Source: Fistulifera solaris
Taxonomy: Eukaryota
DNA: 64,000 bases
Direction of reading: 5' to 3'
Assembly (NCBI GenBank): GCA_030295235.1
Contig: AP026131.1
Coordinates: 124,001-188,000, forward strand
Part shown: in pieces, positions 1 to 11,094 of the stretch
How the letters are laid out: each line of letters begins with the position of its first letter
Position numbering within the stretch: the first letter of the stretch is position 1
The notes under the pieces: model-generated
What the model was told of the DNA's origin: nothing
Databases searched by the model: none
The model's input: the letters and a program-made list of their open reading frames with translations, nothing else
Position numbers and translations under genes: made by a program

Positions 1-96
1 TGCAAAACTAATCAATTAGCGAGCAATTCTTTTGGATCATTCCTTTCGTCCTTCCCTCATAAGTCGTCGCATTTGCGGATCTGTTGTTGAATTGTC

Positions 97-2001
97 ATGT
101 CGGAAAGTATTTCACCGAAACAAGCACCAACGTGCGTAAAGGCAAAACCCGCGACTCCTCGACCTTTTCCTTCGCTTCGTGATCACATGGATCTTCCGAA
201 AGATGCGACGAGTCCGTATGCTGCTTCGTCACGAAGAACAGGTCAATATAGCGACTACGACAGCTCACCCGAATCGGACGAAGACGACGTGACACCTGCG
301 GCTATCGATTTGGATGAAGATGTGCGACTTGCGGTTGCCCTTCAACAAGAAGAATTTTTGGCGCAAGAACGCATGTTTCACAAGGCCAGTAAGGACGAGA
401 CGTCATTTCACTGCAATATGGATGAACTCCTGGCTCTCAGTCTGGAAAATGCAGATGATGACGACAATGAGGAGACCTGGATAGCCAAATTTGCTTCTAT
501 ATCCGAGACGAAATATGTATCAGACGATGAAGACGACGAGGATGACGAGAAGCGACAGGCCCAAATTGATGCGGATGCTGCTCTTGCCAAGGCAATGGCG
601 GAAACCTTTGAGCCTTTAGATGAAGAAACTCGCAAATTGGTTGAAGAGTTCGAAAAGGAGGCCATGTTTTTGACAATATCGGGAAGAGCTACGCTCTTTG
701 TTCAAGCCGTGCTTGACCTTGTAACCAAGACAGAAGCGACCTTGCCAACTAATATGCAGGCGAAGATTCGTGCGGTCAACAGGGATGACATGGTTTATTT
801 TGCTGAGCGCCTTTTGAAAGCTCAAGAGGATTTAGAGGAGCAAGGTAGAGACACGAGCGTTGACGTTGGGTATCATTATACCAAGAGTGAAGAATGCATG
901 ACGCGAATTCGTGTTGATGGGTTAATGACATTTGCCGAACGCAATGCAGCCGGCATTCCTCGTGTGTTCAACGGTGCTGCGTTTGGAGACGGAATTTACA
1001 CCGCTAATAACCCCACTTCCTATTCCGGATACGGTCCTATTGGTCTTTTAGTTGCAAGGTTGAAAGGAACCACGACAACAACCACGGGAACGCCCGCTGA
1101 TCAAGCTGACAGTGTCATTGGACATCCAGGTCGTGTTGACGAGATTATTGTTCTTCGAAATTCTAGGAATTGTCTGCCGTTGATTGAGTACGAGACGGCC
1201 CTCGCAAGTAGCCACAAGGCCCTCTTGGAAAACCTGCAAGGGGATCTACAGGCACTCATTTCGAAATACATACTCGTAGTGCCGAAGGTTAGTTTAGACC
1301 AATTACCTGCCAAGACATCGTTTCCTTCAGTCAAGATCGTGGCATTCAATCTACCGGACAATATGACTTACACGGCTCCGTCCATGCTAAACACCGACCC
1401 AATTTCGGCCACATCTCCTGCTGGCAGCTCGACTGATGAATGCCCCATTTGTCTAGCCACCCTTTCGCAATCCGTCGTTTCTTGAAACTACTGCGGCCAT
1501 AAGTTTCACCGCGAGTGCCTATTACAAAGCGCCAGAGCAGGCCAACGGTCGTGTGCCTATTGCAGAAAGCTGTTTCAAGAGCCACAAGGATTGTGCCCAT
1601 CGGGAACCCTGACTGTGTCGTATTCGAGCTCGCAAACATGCAGCGGTTTCCCGGCAGGAGTTATTACATTGGATTACAACATCCCCAACGGAGTTCAACA
1701 ATCGTATCATCCGTCGCCGGGTGTTGCGTTTTCTGGAGCTAAACGACAAGCATTTCTACCAGATAATCGCGAAGGTCGAGAGTTACTGAAACGACTCAAG
1801 TATGCCTTTACCAGAGGCCTTACATTTACTGTCGGTACGAGTTTGTCGAGCGGTGCGTCGAACACTGTAACCTGGGCCAGTATTCATCACAAGACTGCTC
1901 TATCGGGTGGCACACATGGCTTTCCAGACAATTCTTACTTTTACAATTGTCACCATGAGCTCGATAACTTGGGCGTTCCTGCTGCAGATGCATTTCAGTA
2001 A
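97..2001 (+). CDS. Deltex-type E3 ubiquitin ligase (RING-H2 + DTC) fused to an N-terminal PARP-like ADP-ribosyltransferase domain; one in-frame TGA at 1483-1485
   Basis: ORFs 97..1485 and 1591..2001 share a frame. Reading through the TGA gives CPIC..SVVS*NYCGHKFHREC..CAYC (complete RING-H2). DTC motifs follow: ITLDYNIPNGVQ, HPSPG, AFLPDNREG, TFTVGTS, IHHKT, HGFPD. ART-like motifs: GYHYT, FGDGIYTA, DEIIVL. Confidence 0.85.
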
Positions 2002-2125
2002 CGATGGTGGAGAAGAATCACTTGCATGTTCAGAGATAAATTGATTTAACAAATTTTAAAGAGTTTCTTTATGATCGATGTTGAATGATCCGTATCAATC
2101 AACGCGATAAATTAGCATATCGTTT

Positions 2126-2800
2126 TTACGACATTCCGAGGCTCTTGAGACTGGGTGCTTCATCTGGTACATTGACACAGTACTGGTCCTCTGAGCGCAA
2201 ACAAGTCGTAATTGCCTCCACAGCGTTTGTAATAGCCAGATCAATTCCATTGTCACGAACATAGAATGTGTTTCCAAATTTCGCCTGAAGTCGGGTCCAG
2301 AAGACGTTCGGTAGATTGAGTTTGACTCCACCACCAACATTGAAATTCAAAACGTTTCCTTTGCCTCCAAATTGATCGACTACAAGAACAATGTACTTGT
2401 CGTCCTTCTGTCCTTCTTTACCAAGATCCCAGTAATCGCGAATCGCCAATCCAGGAGTGTTGGGGTACGCTTGACACAGAACACGAACACGAAAGCCCGT
2501 GTCGCGCTCCAGCGCTTTGAGTAGATCATTCATCCGACGGGCTTGTCCGGCCGTCAGAAACTTTTCCGTCTGAATGACATTCAAACCAGCTTCTGTCGGA
2601 AGCAAATCCGGACGATTGACTGCTTCTAAACGAGCATAGGCGGGAGATGCCAGTGTTGTTGCCCCTGTCACAACAGCAGCGCCACCACTGATCCAGGAGG
2701 CAATCACCGTTCGTCGCGATGTATTGGGTGCTACAGAAAACGCCGATGCCGATGCGGCGAAGCACAAGAATGCACAGATGACAGTGCAACGAGAGGGCAT
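2126..2800 (-). CDS. Thylakoid-lumen TPM-domain protein (resembles thylakoid lumenal 15.0 kDa protein 2), plastid-targeted
   Basis: Signal peptide ending ASASA|F, twin-Arg SRR plus hydrophobic stretch and AYA cleavage site. Conserved core RPDLLP..ERDTGFRVRVLCQAYPNTPGLAIRDYW..LNFNVG..FWTRLQAKFGN. Confidence 0.85.
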   Translation of the reverse strand: MPSRCTVICAFLCFAASASAFSVAPNTSRRTVIASWISGGAAVVTGATTLASPAYARLEAVNRPDLLPTEAGLNVIQTEKFLTAGQARRMNDLLKALERDTGFRVRVLCQAYPNTPGLAIRDYWDLGKEGQKDDKYIVLVVDQFGGKGNVLNFNVGGGVKLNLPNVFWTRLQAKFGNTFYVRDNGIDLAITNAVEAITTCLRSEDQYCVNVPDEAPSLKSLGMS

Positions 2801-3014
2801 ATTATATTATTGTGTTTTTCTCCGAGTTGACTACTATTTAGCAACTAATAGCATTTGTAATGAAGGCAATAAGGTATAGTCATCGTCTGCCGATTACCGA
2901 TTATTATTGCGCTGACACAGTTCTGGCGTTTTGTTTCAGCGTGACATCATCTCGGATTTTCATGTCGTCTCCACAAAGGTGTCACCGACGTCAGAAATTT
3001 TGTAAGTGTATTTA

Positions 3015-3290
3015 TTTACGTATCCACAAAATCTGGGAGTGTGTTGTTTTCACGTATCCACAAAATCTGGGCTTGTCCTTTTCACGTTTCCATAAAATCT
3101 GGGATTGTCTTGTTTCACGTACCAGGTACAAGCAACCACAAAATCTGGGGTGCGATCTTTCACGTCCCCAGAAAATATGGGCGTGTGGTGTTATCACGTT
3201 TCCAGAAAATATGGGAGTGTCTTGTTTTCACGTCGCCAGAAAACATGGGAATGTGCTGTTTTCACGTTCCAGAAATTATGGAGATGTGCC
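3015..3290 (+). repeat. Minisatellite, about 8 units of 32-35 bp, consensus TTTCACGT-NN-CCA(C/G)AAAAT(C/A)TGGG-N9-10
   Basis: Read directly, e.g. tttcacgtatccacaaaatctggg, tttcacgtttccataaaatctggg, tttcacgtccccagaaaatatggg, tttcacgtcgccagaaaacatggg. One unit carries an insertion near 3121-3134. Confidence 0.95.
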
Positions 3291-3480
3291 GTAAACCTTA
3301 GTCTTTTATGGGCTCCGTTGGGTCTTTTTCTGCTTTCTGCTTCTTAGCATTTTGTTAAAGTCTATTCAAACAAGTAACAATAGGTTCTAAGCAACAACCA
3401 TACCTTGATTATTACGTCGCAGACACGTCGTTGAACAAAAGAAGAAACTGTAAAATAGGAATAAAGGGAACACGGTGATC

Positions 3481-5667
3481 ATGTCTCGATGGTTGAAATC
3501 CGTCAATAATTTACTCGACAAGTTGGACGATCAGAGTCGATATTGCCGATGCGGCTGCTTTTACACAGCGCATGGCGGCAAGAGTTGGAGGTGCTGTACA
3601 GCGAACACACTCGGATGATGACGAGGATGATGACGAAGAAGAAATGTCGGAGAGTTATGATGATGAGAGTATATCATCGTTTCTAGACGAGGACGAAGGG
3701 CATGAAGAGGAAGTACAGGAGGAACCAGAGGCAAGTGACAATTTAGACACCGAAGAAAGCCTTATACAAAGAGACGAAACAGTACGATTGCGCAACAATC
3801 CATCGGATCCGACCGCCACTCCTGCGGCAAGTAATTATAGCTATGGCGAAGATGTCTTTTTCACACCCATGGATCAAATACGTCGAGAACACATTTCCGA
3901 AATCATTTCGCCACCAAGAGAAGTCGTTTCGTCTCTCCCTTCGTCTCAGTCAGTGTCCTCGCACCAATCGGATCTACCCAGCCAGTCAAATCCGTCTACA
4001 GTGATAAGGACTCATCCGAGTCAAACAATTCTCGAAGGTCAGGCATCGCGACAAAGACTCCATAAACCTGCCGTCAAATCCCCACCCAACAGCGGTATGC
4101 CCTCTTCTGTCACTAATGCTAATAAATCGAAAGCAATCAAGAAACTCAAAGAGGAAAATCAGCGACTGCAACAGCTTCAGGTTGCCCTGGAGAAATCAAA
4201 CGCCGAGCTCCAGGACGAACTGGAGCACGCCCGGGCGGAATTGACGGCACAGCACGTAGAGTTGCAACTAGCGGCAGAACGTATGGAGAAAGATCGTATT
4301 CGGAACAAAGAAGATCGAGAAGAATTGTTGGAAGAACAGGAAGAAGAGCTGCAGCAACAAAAGAAGAATATGACCAACAACTGGCGGAACAAAAGGAATA
4401 CTATGAAAATGAGTTACGAGAATTGCGGAAACGGCTGCAACAAGAAGAGCACAAACGACTTGAAGAGGGTGGAGATTGGACGAAAGAATTAGAAGATGCG
4501 TTGCAGCGGGAGAGAGATGCGCTAAATGAATTAGTCTCAGTCAAATCGGAAAAACAGCAGTTGGAGTCCAAAGTCGCTACACTGGACTCTCAACGAGAGT
4601 CGCTGCAAACAAAGGTTGCTTCACTGAAAGAGAGTTTAAGGAATACCACTGAGCGAGAGCGTATAGCTGAAGAAAAATTAGACAAAGAAATGAATCAGCA
4701 CAAACGACAATTGAGACAGCAGCGCGAGCGAGAGGAACAGCTAGAACGCACCGTTGCGGAACTGAGCGCTGCCTTGACCAGCGCGCAGCAGCAAGTAACA
4801 TCCTCGACCCCTTCGTCTGTAGAGCACGGCATAATGGCTTACAAAGAACGATATCTAAACGCAATGGAAGAGATGGAGACATTGAAGTCGCAGCTTTCTC
4901 ATGTAACACAACAAAATGGAGTTTTGCAAATGGAACTCCAATCCATGTCGCATGAACGGACAGCTGATGCAGAAGTAATGCGAAATCGCCAGCGAAAATA
5001 TGATGAACAGGTTCACGAGCTACAAAGGCAAGTAGCGTATTTGGAAGCCACTTTGAGAAGCACGTCGAACGAACAAAATAATGAGGAAATGAACGGTTTG
5101 TTGAACAGTCCGGTTTCTCAGCAACAGGTCGAGCGACTTGCAAAGGAGCTGGAACAGGCACAGCGACAGCTTGCTTTTTCTACGGGGCAGATTGTAGAAT
5201 TAAAAGGGCTTTCTGATGCAGCCAAGGCCGAAGTCCTTGCTCTGAAAGGGCGCCTTCAATCGGCAATGGACCGTGCTGAAATGGCAGAGAATGCTTTAGC
5301 ATCGCAAACTTCTTCAACATCTAGAGCCTGCGATATGGGCGAAGCAAGTTATTCGAACACAAGAACAGTTCGACGGAGAGTTCGAGGTGGTCGAGGTCGC
5401 TTTAGTCATCTTTCAACAAGGTCGATGTTTTCCGTGTTGGGAATGCATGTAATAGGGGAGCAAATTTCTATGACAGTTGATGCTATCGACAATTGGATGC
5501 TCGAGACAGGTAATATTCTGCGCCATGAACCCTTGGCACGTTTAGGATTTGCTATTTACTTCGCTTTGGTTCATCTCTGGTGTTTGGGTTTAGTTTTCTT
5601 CCATACTGTTCAGTCTGAGCGCGCGGATTTGGGATCACTCACAACGCATAAGAAACATGTGGAGTAA
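3481..5667 (+). CDS. Golgin-84 (GOLGA5)-like coiled-coil tail-anchored protein; two frameshifts (~3535, ~4360)
   Basis: N-terminus MSRWLKSVNNLLDKLDDQ from ATG 3481, long coiled coil, and C-terminal LRHEPLARLGFAIYFALVHLWCLGLVF transmembrane segment typical of golgin-84. Restoring one A at caacaaaagaa joins the 3572 and 4423 ORFs. Confidence 0.7.
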
Positions 5668-5741
5668 CTACTAATGAATGATTACATAGTGTAACTATTC
5701 ATAATGAAAAAATCGTTTAACATACCATGAGTGCAGAGGCT

Positions 5742-8530
5742 TTACTTTTCCGATGATAAAGCTAGCTTTGGCCGTCGATCGACGCCACGAGGTTTGAATG
5801 CAAGGACACTTGTTCCTGCATTGTTCGCTTTTGAATGAGTTGCAATGCTCTCGTCCTGGCCTCTGGAAGAATCCTGCTCAGGTTCCAGTTTGTTCTGTTG
5901 CACAGCCTCAACCGTTTCGGCCTTCTCCCTCCGTTTCTGATTAAACTTGCTCTTTTCCCTTGTCCCTTGGGATTCACTCGATGCATACCAGCCGGAACTA
6001 AGGAAACCGCCGGCATATGAGACATTTCAATTTTCACAACCTTTTCTTTGATGCCTATTTCCTCATGGAGAGCCAGAGCTTTAGCTGCCGACTCCTTTTC
6101 TTCGAATTGCACTAAACCCCATCCTTTCGATAACGGTTTCACCCCATGATCATGCTTGTTACGGATGATTTTGGCATGAACAATTGCACCGCAAAGGGGT
6201 CGAAAAATGTCGACGAGATCCATATCTTCTGTCGAGAGATCTAAATTCGAAACGCGGATAGTGAAGGGATGCGCCTTGTGATGAGGCTTTTTTAATTGCA
6301 CCTCGGGACTATCATCGTTATTCGCAGGAGCTTCGCTTCTGGCATCTGCTTCATCAGCTGTACTTGAAACAGGCTCTGTATTGGTGCCCGGTTCCTCATT
6401 TTTTAAATTCTTTCGCTTCAACTTTTTTGGGGAGGACTCAGTGCTCGGACTGTCTTCATCAATATGACCACGTTTCCGTTGTGTTCTCACTTCCGCTGTT
6501 GATTCAATCGGTTCCACGTGAGCAATAATCGCTTGACTTAAAACTGATTCTCCAGCTGGGTCAGCAGTGACATGCTTCATCTTTTTGATATAGACTTCTC
6601 GGCCAAACTCAGGCTTCGTTCGGACCCAAACATTTGTTCGAAATCATGCCACTCTTGGCACAGATCGGAAAGTGCGCGGCTGTAAGGTCGAACACCAAAC
6701 TGAAGCAAATTATCCTTACTATACTGCGGTCCGACAGATTGCACACCCTTCTGAAAAAGAAATCGAATGTTACGTATGTGCCGTCCGATTGCAACTGGAT
6801 TGGATATCAACCATGAACCGCAACTTGTAAATTGTCGAATGTACGATAAGTAAAGGTCTGGATACGGAGGGTTATGCACTTTGCAACACCTCTCGAATTC
6901 ATTCAAGATAAATTTCATCTTTTCTTTGGTTGAGTACGGTAAAGTGGAAGATGGTTTCTCGGAAAATACTTGCTTGCATGGTTGCAGTAAAGAAGATCTG
7001 ACGCAGCCCTCTCTTTCCAGAGCAGTGCTCGACCGTCGCTCCATGAAGGATGACATTCTTTCAATCTTAATTCGATTTCCTCAAACATGTCTGGAACGTC
7101 CTCAATCAAATCTTCTATCTCTTCCTTGGATTTGTCGTCTATCTCGGGGTCAGAGAGCTGACCTTTGGACAACTCCTCCGGGTCATCGAAAGCAACCTTC
7201 TTAGATTTTGTTTTCTTGGCCAGTAATCCGAGAATCCGTTGCTTAACAATTCTAATGGTTTCTAAGTACAATCCAAGAAAAATCGTGGGACTCGGCGGAA
7301 GGAATCCCTTGCTCAGCGCATTCTGAACGGTGCTGAGAAGTTGATCCGGTTCCAGAACACTAACGCCGCACGTGGCGATCAACTGGAGCGCATGTAATTG
7401 CTTTTGGCCAGTTCATAGCTATACGGACAGTTTCGGCATGCGCGCTGAATCACACTCTGCAGTTGCGTTAACAACGAGTACTGCGGCTCCCCAACAGCTG
7501 AGTTGACTTTGTTGCTAATGTGGAAATAATATGAAATCCAGAGCTTCTCGACGGTTGGGCATTCCGCGATGGCCCGTTCGTAGACCTGATTGATTATGTG
7601 AGAAATACGATCAGGTATTGTTTCTTCATCCTCATCCAGATCGAAAGCTTTGCCTTTCTGTTTTGCAGATTGGCTGATGCGTAACATCTTGATATACGAG
7701 AGAAAAGCATTTGCAGTTCTTTCTCCTCCCAAGCCCATGGCGAACTTTTGATCGCTGGATGACTCAAGCTCGGCAATCCATTCTTGCGGCATGACACCAT
7801 TGATTGGCTGAGTCAAGAGATAACGTCCCAAGATGCCTTCTTCGTGCATTGCTACATCGATTTCGTCCTCAGCGGAAACAAATGAGCTGTACATGCGAGC
7901 TTCCATTCTTCTACCAATTTCCATCATTTCTTCGACGTCACTGTCGAACTCAAAGCCATTTTTCCGACAGCATTCTCGATATTCAGAGGCAATTGTATCG
8001 TTAATCTCCTTCATTGGAGTTCTCGAGCGGCGAATAAAACTCTCACTAATGTGTTTGACTTTTTGCTCTGTATTCAGAGTCGGTTCCTTGGCGTACAAAT
8101 CAATCTGATAACGAAACAGTATAGCCACCCAAGGTCCTTCATTACGATGCGATCCTGATCCAACTGCGTCTATTGCCGTTTTAAGAGCTTCGTCCTTCTT
8201 TTCGAACGGTTCGGAGCTGTTCATCAACCAGTAGTTGTAATAAATCTGCAGCAACGACGATGAAGGAAATTCGACAAGACCCAATTCTAGAGTTTGTAAA
8301 CGTATGACGGTTGCTTGTTCTTCCGAACCAACCCCAAAAGCTCTTAGAAAATCATACATTGTCTTGGAATACTGGATCCACAATAAGGGAGTCATCGGGC
8401 AATGAGAAGAAAGCGTCTCAAAGCTCTCAATTGCTGTTTGCAGATGCTCTCGACTCGTTTCATCATCCGAGGCGGCCTTCCTGCGTGCTTCCGCAATCGA
8501 GGTAACAAAGGCGCTGTAATCATAAGACAT
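5742..8530 (-). CDS. SART3/Prp24-like HAT-repeat + RRM protein; several frameshifts
   Basis: HAT-like repeats (PMTPLLWIQY, YERAIAECPTVEKLWISY, RACRNCPYS, WHDFEQMFGS) and an RRM (IRVSNL..SKGWGLVQF). Assembled from ORFs 7379..8530, 6915..7382, 6577..7056 and 5762..6580; the shifted tail reads AFKPRGV..LSSEK*. Confidence 0.75.
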
Positions 8531-9291
8531 GATTGGTTTGCTTGAGGTCGATACAAGATGCTGGTTTGATAATCAAAAGCCCAAGCAAGTGCTCATTGTC
8601 AATCAACAGGGAAACGAAGCGTGTCGCACAGCATGACTGAAAAAATGCAGTCATGGTAAATGTCGTCTACACTTGGGCCTACAGTAAACTATCGTGAAAC
8701 GGATCCGCAACCATTTTTCGACGAAATATTATCCATGAGTGCTAAAATGATGCTGTAGTTTTTAACATAATGGTTGGAGTGAACAACGCTTGCGAAAGGG
8801 ACGTACTTTCTTGGAAGTCTGGAGACTAGTGAACTTCTTTCTTGACTGTGAAAATTTCTGATTCATGACTGAAATGGAGTCTTGGGTGGCCCACAGTAAA
8901 AAAATGGGCGTGACACGTTTACAAGTAGACAGACCGCACCTCCATTGCACAAAACATCATGCAGCGTCGTAGCGTTTACGGTTCCGTTGCTGCACTCATT
9001 GTCGAATACTATTTTTATCCGTTGAGGATCTCTTTGTGTATGTGACTACATATATAGCCTTGGTAAATGTATATTCTAGATTGTAACGCATCTTATTCCT
9101 GGCGTATCTATGATCCGACGTCTTCGCGGTTTGCGTTCGCGGGCGGTTGTTTTGTGATGGATAAAACGTTTCTTGCCATTTTTCTTCCTCGATACTTTAG
9201 CAAAGCAAAGTCTGAAGGAAAAGGAACGGAAGATCGAAAGTTATTTAAACTTTCTTTGTCTTTTAGCTTTCATTACGGTCCTTCAAACATC

Positions 9292-10284
9292 ATGAGAGCT
9301 CTGGAAGACATACCCTCGCATACACCCGTTCTGACTCGAAAGCAGTGGCTGCAGAATGCATTCAAGCCGACCGAGAAGAACAGAGCTCCGGCTCCCGGAC
9401 ATGATCTTGTACACAGTCGGTTATCGTGGCTCGAGGAACAGAAACGAAACTCTCGTTTGACGATGAGTCCGAACAACAAAGACGCCGCGAGCATTCCGGA
9501 ACACTTGGTGGAGGATCGAAAGAAATGGCTGGACGAAGAATTGCGTCGGATGCTCAAAAGGACCGAGGGGAACCGTCGACACTCGTTTCCCGCGCGAAGA
9601 TTTGCTAGCATGGGAAATTTGACCAGCATAGATGCAAGATGCAACTCCGACTTTAGTGTGGCTCAGAGTTACAGCTACGACATGTTCGACAAGAATCAAG
9701 GTGATTACATGGTCGGAATGAAGTACGCTATGCCTTGCTCGACAACTTCGACCGACACGGACATGACGAGCAGTAACTACTCCAGCAACTTTCAGGAATA
9801 CAAAGGCTTCATGCAGGAAAGTAATGACCTTTCAATGGAGGCGGCCGTGCCGCTATACTACGATGACGACGTCTCGAATGATCTACAGCGATACATCACG
9901 GACGTAAGCGAAAATTTGGACTACAAGATTATCAACATCGGCCACTTGGAGGATCAAAAGTCAAGCGTGACGAATCACGTCACGGTCCGAAAGCAGGTTC
10001 CAGCGCGAAGCACACTTAACGACATAGTGTCTCCCACCTCATCTTTAGCCGACTACGCCCGTCACAGTGCACACACATTTACTCAGACGCAGTTCGGAGT
10101 GGGGCCTCAGGATGAAGAGCTTGTGCTACATTCTTCGCATGATTATCCGTTACGTACGCCACCAAGAAAGACTCAGCGACCCATTGACAAAACTTCAAGG
10201 ACTAAAGACCAAAAAGCTGCTCGATCGAAGAAGGTAGTAATGCAAAAGCCAGTTGAAGCAAGGTGTACATGCGCCATTATGTAA
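9292..10284 (+). CDS. Unknown largely disordered protein with C-terminal CaaX motif (CTCAIM)
   Basis: Long open frame (9067..10284). ATG 9292 follows a pyrimidine-rich leader. Basic tail ends in Cys-Ala-Ile-Met-stop. Confidence 0.6.
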   Translation: MRALEDIPSHTPVLTRKQWLQNAFKPTEKNRAPAPGHDLVHSRLSWLEEQKRNSRLTMSPNNKDAASIPEHLVEDRKKWLDEELRRMLKRTEGNRRHSFPARRFASMGNLTSIDARCNSDFSVAQSYSYDMFDKNQGDYMVGMKYAMPCSTTSTDTDMTSSNYSSNFQEYKGFMQESNDLSMEAAVPLYYDDDVSNDLQRYITDVSENLDYKIINIGHLEDQKSSVTNHVTVRKQVPARSTLNDIVSPTSSLADYARHSAHTFTQTQFGVGPQDEELVLHSSHDYPLRTPPRKTQRPIDKTSRTKDQKAARSKKVVMQKPVEARCTCAIM

Positions 10285-11094
10285 AAGCGTTGCAAAGAGT
10301 ACATGGCATCGGATCGGACACAAACAGGCATACGGCGTTGAGTTTCTAAGAACGACATCCAAGGCTTGACTCTTTATCTTTAATTTGTTACTTGTAAATT
10401 CATTTCATCCTACTTTGGCATACTTTAATGCGTGATGTGGCGAGAAAAGGAAGGAAAACGTTGTCTCTAGCTATAGCTTTCGTGCCTAGGTCGTCCAGAC
10501 AACACTACGATGGTAAATTGAACAACGAGCAGAGTCACTCTATTGCTTCCTCCTAGTTACATACACGACGCGCCGAGCGTTCATCGAATGGGTGTATGTG
10601 CGCGGAAATGATAGGGTCTAGTCGTCAAATCATTCCGCCTATCAATTCCGCTCAGATCGTGAACCATAACGATTACTATCAGTATATTATGGGGTGTATG
10701 CGTTGCTTCTCAATGACAGGATTAGCCCAAGAACAGAGAAATGCTATTTTCATGTCCTTTTGACTATTACCATGTCGTCTATCGTCGCTTGGGTGTTCTA
10801 TTGTGCAGTTGATATTGTATTGATGCTGCCTCACATAATTTACTTTTAGTTAATCCTCGGTCAATATCTTCAAGGAATTCTCCTTGCTACAGTATCGTGC
10901 CTCCTTAAATCACTATAGGCGTAAAGTGTTATCCGTATTCTCCAAGACTGGATTTCAGTCATGAGATGCAAGACTTTTTCTTTTTTGCGCGTCTCGTCGT
11001 TCATTTTTGTCAGATGTGCAAGGTACAGCAGTTCACTATTATTGACATCAATTTAATCCAGGTTCCGCACTTGTTACCTCTATTCGTAACCAGA

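Noticed and set aside
1483..1485. Selenocysteine codon in the RING domain
   Set aside because: All eight zinc ligands are already present, the TGA aligns with a Leu position, and I saw no convincing SECIS in the short 3' region.
3015..3290. CRISPR array (partly palindromic repeat with variable linkers)
   Set aside because: Linkers are only ~10 bp and resemble each other, repeats are degenerate, there are no cas genes, and the context is eukaryotic.
2860..3347. ORFs overlapping the minisatellite (also 30958..31401, 31083..31295, 34369..34842, 18507..18827)
   Set aside because: They are open in several frames as a by-product of repeats and show no domain signature.
10905..10920. T7-promoter-like TCACTATAGG
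   Set aside because: Only the 3' half matches and there is no vector context.
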